Shown here: piece after piece, positions 7,408 to 16,230 of the stretch
Numbering within the stretch: the stretch's first letter is position 1
How the letters are laid out: each line of letters begins with the position of its first letter
From: an uncultured Gammaproteobacteria bacterium
GTDB taxonomy: Bacteria > Patescibacteriota > Microgenomatia > Levybacterales > UBA12049
Length of the DNA stretch: 64,000 bases
Reading direction: 5' to 3'
Assembly (NCBI GenBank): GCA_964497535.1
Contig: CAZCCG010000001.1
Location: 66,688-130,687, forward strand
Made by a program: the position numbers and the translations under genes
Notes under the pieces: generated by a model
Databases searched by the model: none
Told to the model about the DNA's origin: nothing
Seen by the model: the letters and a program-made list of their open reading frames with translations, nothing else

Positions 7408-9555
7408 ATGAATTTTATGCGTAGGGTACCCAAAGCCCGCATGATTGCCACGTTGGTTGTTTTGGTGGCGGCTATAGTATTTATCTATATCGCACTGTTA
7501 AAGGATCTCCCCTCTCCAACCCAGCTGGGCAGTACGACACTTCCCCAATCAACCCAAATCTTTGATCGAAATGGCACGCTCCTCTATACCATCTATGGTA
7601 ATAAGAATCAAACCTTTGTGCCGCTTTCCCAAATTCCAAAAAATTTGCAAAATGCGACGATTGCCATTGAAGATAAAGACTTTTATAATCATGGTGCCAT
7701 TGATATACGAGGGATTACCCGAGCATTTTATTCAACGATCTTTCATAAACAAGTCCAGGGCGGATCAACATTGACACAACAATTGGTCAAAAACGGTCTC
7801 CTCACCCAAGAACAGACTTTACCTCGAAAGATGAAGGAAATCATCTTGGCATACGCGACAGAGTTGCTCTATTCTAAAAACAGAATCCTGGAAATGTACC
7901 TCAATCAATCTCCCTACGGAGGAACTGCCTGGGGAGCTGAAGCTGCCTCCCTCACCTATTTTGGCAAACACGTCAAAGAGCTAGATTTGGCACAAAGCGC
8001 CCTCTTGGCAGGGTTGCCTGAATCTCCGACAACCCTCTCTCCGCAAGGTACTCATCCAGAACTTGCCAAAAAACGTCAGGAATTAGTCCTGGAAGATATG
8101 TATGACCAAAAATACATAACCAAAAGCCAATACGACCAGGCTGTTAAGGAAGAGCTCCACTATAAAAAACTGGATAATACCATCAAAGCTCCTCACTTTG
8201 TCCTCTTTATTAAAGACTTACTGGTAAAACGCTATGGAGAACGTTTGGCGGAAAGCGGTGGACTCAAAGTCATAACCAGCCTCGATCTAAAAACCCAGGA
8301 TATGGTACAAAACGTCGTAGCAACAGAAGTAGATGATCTAAAAAACTACCATGTATCAAATGGCGCAGCGCTCGTAACAAATCCCGGAACCGGCGAAATT
8401 CTGGCAATGGTGGGAAGCAAAAACTATTTCGATACGGATGCTGATGGCAACGTCAATGTAACGATCGCGCTTCGCCAACCGGGCTCATCCATCAAACCGA
8501 TCAACTATGCAGTAGGACTCATAAAGGGTTATACAGCAGCCACACCCTTTATCGACCAACCAATGTGTGTCCCCAGTGGTGACGGCACTAAATATTGTCC
8601 TCAAAATTATGACGGGAAATTCCATGGAGTGGTACAAATGCGGTTTGCTCTGGGTAACTCGCTCAATATCCCGGCTGTTAAGATGCTCAAAGCCAATGGG
8701 ATTCAGGCCATGATTGCAACAGCCTCAGCTATGGGAATTTCAACCTTTAGCCAAAACCCGAGCCGCTATGGACTCTCCCTCACGCTGGGAGGCGGAGAGG
8801 TTACAATGATTGATATGGCAACGGCCTTTGGAGTATTTGCCAATGGCGGGTATCGCATGGATCTACACCCCATCCTCAAAGTCACCAATAACGAAGGAAA
8901 GATACTGGAAGAATATGTTCCTCCCACGAGTCCTATTTTTGGCAAAAAAGTATTTGATCCCGGGGTTGCATATATTATTACCCAGATACTTTCAGACAAT
9001 AACGCCAGACTTTTGGAGTTTGGCCCATCCTCAGAGCTGAAAATTGGAAAACAATCGGTAGCGGTAAAGACTGGAACGACCAATGATTTTCGTGATAACT
9101 GGACCATTGGCTATACTCCAAATCTCCTGGTAGCTGCGTGGGTGGGAAACAACGATAATACCCCCATGAGTGGTTTGGTGTCAGGTATTACCGGAGCAGC
9201 TCCAATTTGGCACCAGATTATGGTCAATATGCTCAAAACCACGTCATTCCAAAGTCCTCGCAAACCAGATAATGTGGTTGGGAAATATGTCTGTTCGGAT
9301 TCGGGACTCTTGCCGCAGGCTGAAGGATCCGCCGACCGCTGTCCAACACGCTTTGAATATTTCATCAAGGGAAAAGAGCCAAAGAAAGGTGATCCAGGTA
9401 TGCAAAATGTGCTGATTGATAAATCTACCAATGATTTGGCAAAACCGGGACAAACAGACAATGTCGAGTATCGGCCGGAACGAATTATTACCGACCCGAC
9501 CGGAGATTCTTACTGTGTCACCTGCGCCCATCCCCAACCGTCTCCAAAACCGTAA
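7408..9555 (+). CDS. Class A penicillin-binding protein (transglycosylase/transpeptidase)
   Basis: EDKDFY, GGSTLTQQLVKN, RKMKE, YLNQ; QPGSSIKP, SLN, KTGT. Confidence 0.93.
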   Translation: MNFMRRVPKARMIATLVVLVAAIVFIYIALLKDLPSPTQLGSTTLPQSTQIFDRNGTLLYTIYGNKNQTFVPLSQIPKNLQNATIAIEDKDFYNHGAIDIRGITRAFYSTIFHKQVQGGSTLTQQLVKNGLLTQEQTLPRKMKEIILAYATELLYSKNRILEMYLNQSPYGGTAWGAEAASLTYFGKHVKELDLAQSALLAGLPESPTTLSPQGTHPELAKKRQELVLEDMYDQKYITKSQYDQAVKEELHYKKLDNTIKAPHFVLFIKDLLVKRYGERLAESGGLKVITSLDLKTQDMVQNVVATEVDDLKNYHVSNGAALVTNPGTGEILAMVGSKNYFDTDADGNVNVTIALRQPGSSIKPINYAVGLIKGYTAATPFIDQPMCVPSGDGTKYCPQNYDGKFHGVVQMRFALGNSLNIPAVKMLKANGIQAMIATASAMGISTFSQNPSRYGLSLTLGGGEVTMIDMATAFGVFANGGYRMDLHPILKVTNNEGKILEEYVPPTSPIFGKKVFDPGVAYIITQILSDNNARLLEFGPSSELKIGKQSVAVKTGTTNDFRDNWTIGYTPNLLVAAWVGNNDNTPMSGLVSGITGAAPIWHQIMVNMLKTTSFQSPRKPDNVVGKYVCSDSGLLPQAEGSADRCPTRFEYFIKGKEPKKGDPGMQNVLIDKSTNDLAKPGQTDNVEYRPERIITDPTGDSYCVTCAHPQPSPKP

Positions 9556-9806
9556 GAGTATCAGGGGGAGAAACGAATAAAGTAGAAGAAGGTAGAAAAA
9601 AGTAAAATCAACTTTCAGCGTGGTTTTGCGTATGGTTCTGCTTCGTTCAGCGTTAAAACCTATCACCTATGATTCATCGTTACGAAACTACAACAAAACA
9701 CCAAAAAGTGAACAAAAGTTACTAACATTTCACCATTTTGCCTCTTTTCAACCAAACGTGCCTATAGTATAATCCAGGCAGTCCTTTATTCCCTGCCTTT
9801 TTTCGT

Positions 9807-12098
9807 ATGAAAATACTTACAGATTTTGTTGTGGCCATTTTACTGGTTTTTATAAAAATTGGTGATGGAGTGCTCTTTTTACTCCGTGGAATCCGTCACA
9901 TACTCGGAGCAATCATCACAGCCCCCCTTCGTCTCTTCAAAAAACCCCTCAAGCCACAAAGAGGACGTCCCCGTAAAGTGAATCCCGGTAAAGTCACCGT
10001 AGTCTGGCAATACAAAAAAAACGAACCTAAAAAACTGAAAAAATCGACTCCCTTTTTCCTTCTTCCCTTTGTCACCAAAATGAAATACTTCGTCTTTGGA
10101 GGTATTTTTTCATTTCTTTTTATCTTTATTCCTGTCCTTGTTATGATCTTCCTCCAAGACTTACCCAGTCCCCGGGAATTGACGCTACGCCAGATTCCTC
10201 AAACTACTAAAATCTATGATCGAAACGACGTGTTGCTCTATCAAATTTACGCATCACAAAACAGAACCATTGTTCCACTCTCAGATATTCCTCTCAACCT
10301 CCAAAATGCTACCATTGCCATTGAAGATAAAGATTTTTACAAACATCCCGGATTTGATGTCTCAGGTATAGCTCGTTCTTTTATTCAGGATGTCACCGGA
10401 AAAGATTTTCAGGGAGGATCCACGATTACTCAGCAGCTAATCAAATCAGCCCTCCTCTCCCCTGAAACCACTGTCTCTCGTAAGTTAAAAGAAGTAGTAT
10501 TGGCATTTGGTGCAGAACGTATTTACAGTAAAAAACAGCTTCTTGAAATGTACTTTAACCAGATCCCCTACGGTGGCACTGCATGGGGAGCCGAAGCAGC
10601 AGCACAAATTTATTTTGATAAAGACGTCAAAGATCTGGATCTGGCAGAGAGTGCATTCTTAGCAGGAATACCCAAAGCTCCCACCGTTTACTCACCGTTT
10701 GGGTCTAACCCAACGCTTTGGAAAATCCGCCAAAAAGATGTACTGGCTCGTATGGTAGAGCTGGGATACGCAACGCGCGAACAAGCCAAGCAAGCAGCTG
10801 CGGAAGAACTTCATTTTAGAAGCCAGCAAATCCCCATCCGAGCACCACATTTTGTTATGTATATCAAAGATTTACTGGTACAAAAGTATGGACTTCCGAT
10901 TGTAGAACGGGGAGGGCTGACCGTCAAAACTTCGCTAGATCTATCTTTGCAGGATAAGGTGCAGCAAATTGTCTCCAATGAGGTAACTCAAGATTCAGGG
11001 TTATTAATCTCAAATGGAGCCGCATTGGTGACAGATCCGAAAAATGGAGACATCCTGGCAATGGTAGGAAGCCGCGATTATTCCTATCCGGGCTTTGGAG
11101 CAGTCAACTTAACGACTTCACTTCGCCAACCTGGTTCTTCCATTAAAATGATTACCTATGCCACAGCTCTTTCACGAGGTTATACTGCGGCAACTATCCT
11201 GGATGATGTCCCAACTTCCTTCCCTGATGGTACCAATACATATGCTCCCGTAAATTATGATGGCAAGTTCCATGGACGAGTCCCCCTTCGCATCGCTTTT
11301 GCCAATTCCTTTAATATTCCTGCAGTTCGCGTCCTCAATCAGGTAGGAATTGGAAACATGGTACAAATGGCACGCGATATGGGAATTACCACATGGGATG
11401 ACCCCAGTAGATTTGGACTATCCTTAACACTGGGTGGAGGAGAAGTAAAAATGATTGATATGGCCACAGCCTATGGCGTTGTTGCCAATGGTGGATATCG
11501 AGTAGATATTAATCCATTACTTAAAATCACCGATTCTAAAGGAACAGTTCTGGAAGAGAAAACCAAAGAGGAGCAAGATCCACCTGTGGCAAAAAATAAC
11601 CCGGCTGCTCGAAAAGTCCTGGATGAAGGTGTCGCCTTTATTATCTCAGACATTTTGGCAGATAATAATGCCAGAACACTCGAATTTGGTCCCAACTCTC
11701 CGCTAAAAGTTCCCAATCACTTTGTTTCGGTTAAAACAGGTACCACCGACTGGAAACGGGATAACTGGACTATTGGATTTACTCCTAATTATCTCACCGC
11801 AGTCTGGGTGGGCAATAATGACAATACCCCCATGAGCCAAAGCCTGGCATCAGGTATTACCGGAGCAGCTCCAATCTGGAATAAGATCATGACAACTGTC
11901 CTGCCAAATGCAGCAGACGAAAAACCCATTCCTCCTTCATATGTTGTACAGAAATATTGCTTTGGCAAAGCGGAATACTTTGTACGAGGGACTGAAAATT
12001 CTGTGAACTGCGCACCAATTCCCGTCAATCCCGGAACACCTGCACCGGGCGCGCAAAATCCTCCTTACGCCGCATACGATCGAAAGCCGAGAATGTAA
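9807..12098 (+). CDS. Class A penicillin-binding protein, tandem paralog
   Basis: EDKDFY, GGSTITQQLIK, RKLKE; QPGSSIKM, SFN, KTGT. Confidence 0.93.
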   Translation: MKILTDFVVAILLVFIKIGDGVLFLLRGIRHILGAIITAPLRLFKKPLKPQRGRPRKVNPGKVTVVWQYKKNEPKKLKKSTPFFLLPFVTKMKYFVFGGIFSFLFIFIPVLVMIFLQDLPSPRELTLRQIPQTTKIYDRNDVLLYQIYASQNRTIVPLSDIPLNLQNATIAIEDKDFYKHPGFDVSGIARSFIQDVTGKDFQGGSTITQQLIKSALLSPETTVSRKLKEVVLAFGAERIYSKKQLLEMYFNQIPYGGTAWGAEAAAQIYFDKDVKDLDLAESAFLAGIPKAPTVYSPFGSNPTLWKIRQKDVLARMVELGYATREQAKQAAAEELHFRSQQIPIRAPHFVMYIKDLLVQKYGLPIVERGGLTVKTSLDLSLQDKVQQIVSNEVTQDSGLLISNGAALVTDPKNGDILAMVGSRDYSYPGFGAVNLTTSLRQPGSSIKMITYATALSRGYTAATILDDVPTSFPDGTNTYAPVNYDGKFHGRVPLRIAFANSFNIPAVRVLNQVGIGNMVQMARDMGITTWDDPSRFGLSLTLGGGEVKMIDMATAYGVVANGGYRVDINPLLKITDSKGTVLEEKTKEEQDPPVAKNNPAARKVLDEGVAFIISDILADNNARTLEFGPNSPLKVPNHFVSVKTGTTDWKRDNWTIGFTPNYLTAVWVGNNDNTPMSQSLASGITGAAPIWNKIMTTVLPNAADEKPIPPSYVVQKYCFGKAEYFVRGTENSVNCAPIPVNPGTPAPGAQNPPYAAYDRKPRM

Positions 12099-12119
12099 TC
12101 TTTGATACCAATATCTTTA

Positions 12120-12228
12120 AGTCAAAAGGTAAAAGGAAAAATTCAAAATTACAATTTAAAATTAAAAAGTGACCAAACTTTTAAATTTTGACTTGAACTT
12201 TTAACCTTTGATTTTTGATTTTTAAATT
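12120..12228. repeat. Inverted heptamer arms (TCAAAAT / TTTTGAT family), no enclosed gene
   Basis: tcaaaag gtaaaag gaaaaat tcaaaat ... aaaagt / acttttaa attttga ... ctttga tttttga tttttaa. Confidence 0.65.
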
Positions 12229-12254
12229 ACTCGAGTTAGCAGTGTATTAGTAGG

Positions 12255-12902
12255 CTAAATTTCCAATGTCTTCTGGAGGAATTCATATTGCTTGTGAGGA
12301 TCTGCTCCAAATAAAAAGCTGGTTGTCACAAATCGTGTCGCTCCGGCTGCGCGTGCCTCAAGTATTGTTTTGTCATTGATACCCCCATCAACTTCAATCG
12401 ACAGCAATTCATGTCGCTCATGAATCTTTTTTACTTTCTCCAAACGGTCTGGCATAAAAGGAGGCCCTGAAAACCCCACTTTCTCTGATGTATAGACGAG
12501 AATCGTATCTAAATCTTCATACGAAACTTCTATCCGTTCCAGAGGCGTCGGGCCATCCAGTGCCAGACCGACCGCCCCATAGCGTTGTGCTTGTGCTACA
12601 AAGGCTGTCTGATCAGGCATTTTCTCCACGTGTCCAATGAACCGTTGAAATCCTGCCTGGGCGAATGACTCAATATACTGCAGGGGATTTTCAACCATCA
12701 TATGTACTTCCAAAAAAAAGTCGTGGCTATATTTTTCAAACGGCTTGGGAAAGGTAAATGTGGTATTGGGAGCAAATTTGCCATCCAGAAGATCAATATG
12801 AAGAGTATGGGCAAACGGCTTGACCAACTCAACTTTCCGTTCAATATCCTCCCATTCCTTTTCCAGTATTCCTGGTATGATTTGTAATTCTAGTGTGTCC
12901 AT
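12255..12902 (-). CDS. rpe: Ribulose-phosphate 3-epimerase
   Basis: HIDLLDG, EVHMMV, GFSG, VDGGIN, AGA. Confidence 0.88.
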   Translation of the reverse strand: MDTLELQIIPGILEKEWEDIERKVELVKPFAHTLHIDLLDGKFAPNTTFTFPKPFEKYSHDFFLEVHMMVENPLQYIESFAQAGFQRFIGHVEKMPDQTAFVAQAQRYGAVGLALDGPTPLERIEVSYEDLDTILVYTSEKVGFSGPPFMPDRLEKVKKIHERHELLSIEVDGGINDKTILEARAAGATRFVTTSFLFGADPHKQYEFLQKTLEI

Positions 12903-12904
12903 AA

Positions 12905-13014
12905 ATCAATTTTAAGTTTTCAATTTTCAATTTTCATTCAATTATAAATGTTTCAAGCATTAAATATTTATAATTAAGATTTCATTTCAAATTTTAAATT
13001 TCGAATTTTAAATT
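12905..13014. repeat. Heptamer-repeat intergenic element (CAATTTT / TAAATTT)
   Basis: caatttt caatttt ... caaattt taaattt cgaattt taaatt. Confidence 0.6.
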
Positions 13015-13519
13015 AAGATCGCTTTTCGATCTGTTTGATCTTATCTACTCGTCTTTTATGTCGCTCTTCACCGGGGAATGGTTCTTTCAGCCACAGCTCC
13101 ACAGCTTTGAGGGCATCCTCTTCCTTCAAAATCTTTGCTCCCAAGGAAAGCATATTGGCATTATTGTGTTCTCGAGTAAGCTTGATCATCTCAAATGGAT
13201 CATGGCTCGTACGTCCACTTATATCTACATTATGAACGGGAACAACTGGCGTGTAAAATAATGCGCATCGTATATTCCCAAACTTATTCGCAACCATGGC
13301 TTCTCCCTGTCCAGAACTTCCAAATACAATTCCCCGTGAATCTTCCGGATCCTTGGAAACTGATTCTGCTGCCTTACTGATAAAATCAGGATAATCATCA
13401 TTTTTATCAAAGGTAAATGCACCACAATCCACGACATCATATCTCTTTTTTTGTAAAAAAGCTTTTACCTTTTCTTTCAAGTCGAACCCGGCATGATCTG
13501 TTCCTAAATAAACTTTCAT
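13013..13519 (-). CDS. rpiB: Ribose-5-phosphate isomerase B
   Basis: GTDHAGFDLK, DDYPD, GQGEAMVANK, REHNNAN, RHKRRV. Confidence 0.9.
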   Translation of the reverse strand: MKVYLGTDHAGFDLKEKVKAFLQKKRYDVVDCGAFTFDKNDDYPDFISKAAESVSKDPEDSRGIVFGSSGQGEAMVANKFGNIRCALFYTPVVPVHNVDISGRTSHDPFEMIKLTREHNNANMLSLGAKILKEEDALKAVELWLKEPFPGEERHKRRVDKIKQIEKRS

Positions 13520-13553
13520 ATATTTGATCTTTAATTTTTGCTATTTGATACCT

Positions 13554-14336
13554 CTATGAGAAAATGATCTCTTTCAACTTCTTCGTGATTTCAAGCGGAT
13601 TCTTGTGTTGCCAGATGTTGCGTCCGACTGCCATTCCGATGGCACCAGATTCCATGATACTGTACGCCAATTTATAGAACTCTTCCTCCTGCGCTTTTGA
13701 TCCACCGGAGACAACAACCTTTGTTTTTCCTGCTGCTTCAACTGCCCATTTCAATGCTTCCAAACTTCCCGGATATTGGATTTTGACGATGTCGGCACCC
13801 AGTTCCATACCCAATCTTGCACCGTAAGCAGTCAGCTCTTTTTTTCCCTCCGGTGTCTTCCATTTTTCATCAATGGCCTTTCCCCGAGGGTACATCCATG
13901 CCAAAACCGGAATGTTGTTTCGGTGCGCCTCCTCAACAATTCTACCAAGTTCTGATGTCATTTTGTCCTCATGCTCACTACCAACATATACCGTATATCC
14001 TACTCCTAATGCCCCGTAAGAAAGTGCTTCTTCCACAGTACAAAGAAGGGGTGAAAATGGATCAATCTGTGTCACCAGATTTGTCTTGCCGTTGAGTTTT
14101 ACAATCAGAGGAATTCGGTCTTCAATCGGCCCTGCCCACTGTGCTGCCTTATAATATTTCTCCGAAATTCCTTTCTGGAAGATGATTGCGTTATATGCTC
14201 CCTCAACTCCTATTTTGAGAATATACCCCGGATCAATATTCTCATCATTAAAATCAGTGGGACCATGCTCCAACCCCTGATCATATGCCAGAAACAACGC
14301 TTTCCCATTGGTTGTAAGTTTGTCCAAATTAACCAT
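13554..14336 (-). CDS. Class I (DhnA/archaeal-type) fructose-bisphosphate aldolase
   Basis: LAYDQGLEHGP, WMYPRG, ELGADIVK, VSGG, AVGRNIWQ. Confidence 0.9.
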   Translation of the reverse strand: MVNLDKLTTNGKALFLAYDQGLEHGPTDFNDENIDPGYILKIGVEGAYNAIIFQKGISEKYYKAAQWAGPIEDRIPLIVKLNGKTNLVTQIDPFSPLLCTVEEALSYGALGVGYTVYVGSEHEDKMTSELGRIVEEAHRNNIPVLAWMYPRGKAIDEKWKTPEGKKELTAYGARLGMELGADIVKIQYPGSLEALKWAVEAAGKTKVVVSGGSKAQEEEFYKLAYSIMESGAIGMAVGRNIWQHKNPLEITKKLKEIIFS

Positions 14337-14350
14337 ATCTATACTCTAAC

Positions 14351-14409
14351 TGAATTATGAGTCATGAATCAAGAATTATGCAACCTTATCCCCATAATTC
14401 ATAATCCTA
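14351..14409. repeat. Inverted heptamer arms (TGAATTA / ATAATTC family), no enclosed gene
   Basis: tgaatta tgagtca tgaatca agaatta tg ... cataattc ataatcc. Confidence 0.6.
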
Positions 14410-15405
14410 AAAACTTTCCGCCTGAAATTGCGGATGGCTCTTGAGTTTCTTCTCAATCTCTTCATCTGACAAGAGTCCTTTTTGAGCACCAATGTGTTCG
14501 ACTACGGAAGCAGCATTTACTGCCCCCCACTGTCCGGACACTTCAAATGAATTTCCCCGGATCACTGACCCCAAAAATCCCGATGCATAGGCATCACCGG
14601 CACCGGTACGCTCAATACAAGTATCCGGAAATAATCCCACATGGAACGATTGCTGACCATCATATACATACGAGCCTTTTAACCCATCTGTAACTACCAC
14701 AATCTTTGCTCCCATCTCATGCAATTTCTGCAGCAATTGTTTTATATCTTCAGATTCCCCTTGTTCTTTGGGAATTGGAAATTGGAAATTGGAAATTATC
14801 ATAGCTTCTTCTTTGTTGACAAAAAGAATATCTGTCTGTTCAATCACCTTGGAAACCATTTCTCCCATCATTTGCAACTGATAGGTACCAGGGTTAAATG
14901 CCAACTTTATATTCTGACTCTTTTTATACGCAAGTGCTTTTTCATACGGAGCTTCCCACTCTTGCCCCAGGCTGGTGAGGTACATCCAAGCAGAGGTTAC
15001 TCCTTCAAAATGGAAGTTATGAGCACGTTTTACATGCTCAACAAAAAGGGTGCGTTCTCCTTTAAAATTGATACCGATTGCAAATGACGACTGTGCCCCT
15101 TTTGTTTTGATGAGAAGTTCTTCCGATACCAGCTCTTTTGCAAGCCCATTGGTAATTTTCAGTGAAAATTCATCATCCCCAAGTTCTGCAATTAATGCAG
15201 TCCTGAGTCCAATTCGAGCCAGGCCTACGGAGACATTACAAGCATTCCCGCCGAGCAAGAACTCAGCACTCTCGACATGGATTTTTTGTCCATGCTTAAA
15301 ACACAGCTCTCCTGTAGTTTCATCAAGACGCGCATGGGTATCATGGATTGTGAGAAACGAGTCAATAATAGCATTGCCGACAGTAATGCAATCAAAAGAA
15401 GACAT
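14407..15405 (-). CDS. PfkB-family carbohydrate kinase (probable start 15405)
   Basis: GGNACNVSVGLARIG, FNPG, NKEEA, VTDG, ERTGAGDAYASGF. Confidence 0.9.
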   Translation of the reverse strand: MSSFDCITVGNAIIDSFLTIHDTHARLDETTGELCFKHGQKIHVESAEFLLGGNACNVSVGLARIGLRTALIAELGDDEFSLKITNGLAKELVSEELLIKTKGAQSSFAIGINFKGERTLFVEHVKRAHNFHFEGVTSAWMYLTSLGQEWEAPYEKALAYKKSQNIKLAFNPGTYQLQMMGEMVSKVIEQTDILFVNKEEAMIISNFQFPIPKEQGESEDIKQLLQKLHEMGAKIVVVTDGLKGSYVYDGQQSFHVGLFPDTCIERTGAGDAYASGFLGSVIRGNSFEVSGQWGAVNAASVVEHIGAQKGLLSDEEIEKKLKSHPQFQAESF

Positions 15406-15425
15406 ACCATTATCATACACGAAGG

Positions 15426-15497
15426 AGCGTAAAACGAAAAGCGAAAAATGCAAAACAACCACTTATTTTACGTTTTGCTCTTTTAGCTTTACGCTTT
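15426..15497. repeat. Inverted heptamer arms (GCGTAAA/ACGAAAA/ATGCAAA // TTTACGC), no enclosed gene
   Basis: gcgtaaa acgaaaa gcgaaaa atgcaaa ... tttacgt tttgctc ttttagc tttacgc; same units as the arms around 36712..37086. Confidence 0.7.
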
Positions 15498-16086
15498 ATT
15501 TCCCGACGATTATTACGGCATCTGTAGAGCCGGTGGATAGGGTGGCTGAGGTCGAACCAACAGTATATTTTGAAGATAAATCAGATTTGAGAATTGTCAG
15601 ATATTTTGCTGCCGCCGGTTTTAACTGAATTACAATATTTTGATACTCATAATTATCTGCATTCCCGGTACCTGAAACCGTATAGCCTAAGCCTTTGAGA
15701 TAATCTGCCATCGTTGATGCAACACCGGCAGTACCACTTCCATTGAGAACCGTAATCGTTACTGCCCTACGGCCGCTTGAATCGGTTGGTTTTACTGCTG
15801 TTTGAGTCGGAGTTGGTTGCCGCACTGCTCGACCGGTAGGAGACAACTGAGCATCAGGGGTAGCGGTCGGCTCAAAAGTCGGAGTAGGCATTTCTGTCGG
15901 AGTAGGAGTAATCACCGCTTTTTTTTCAGATTCTTTTTGAGAATTAAAGTACCAGTTCACTGCAAAGAGTCCTGCTGCGGCAAGGAGAAAAACAGCAATG
16001 AGCAAACCAATAAGTGGACGAAATTTTCTCTGCCTCCTTCGGCTATTAATCTGATTTTGCTCGAAATGAAACCCTGCCTCTTCCAT
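15496..16086 (-). CDS. Membrane-anchored LytR C-terminal (LytR_C) domain protein
   Basis: TM, PT-rich linker, VLNGSGTAGVA...LKGLGY...GNA...DAVIIVGK. Confidence 0.82.
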   Translation of the reverse strand: MEEAGFHFEQNQINSRRRQRKFRPLIGLLIAVFLLAAAGLFAVNWYFNSQKESEKKAVITPTPTEMPTPTFEPTATPDAQLSPTGRAVRQPTPTQTAVKPTDSSGRRAVTITVLNGSGTAGVASTMADYLKGLGYTVSGTGNADNYEYQNIVIQLKPAAAKYLTILKSDLSSKYTVGSTSATLSTGSTDAVIIVGK

Positions 16087-16149
16087 ACTGCCCAGAATAT
16101 AGCACATCTGCCTACCAGATTCAATGCACCCTATGAAGACGGGATATTA

Positions 16150-16193
16150 ATTATAATAGTTATAAGCGTTATAATTTTTATAACTATTATAAC
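16150..16193. repeat. 9-bp periodic TTATAA repeat
   Basis: ttataatag ttataagcg ttataattt ttataacta ttataacc. Confidence 0.55.
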
Positions 16194-16230
16194 CTGCACT
16201 CCCGTATGTCATGCTATAATACTTGTGTCC

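Noticed and set aside
15802-16230. 143-aa N-terminal extension of the SpoIID-like ORF
   Set aside because: Overlaps the opposite-strand LytR_C gene and a TTATAA repeat; a signal peptide and -10 box support the start at 16231.
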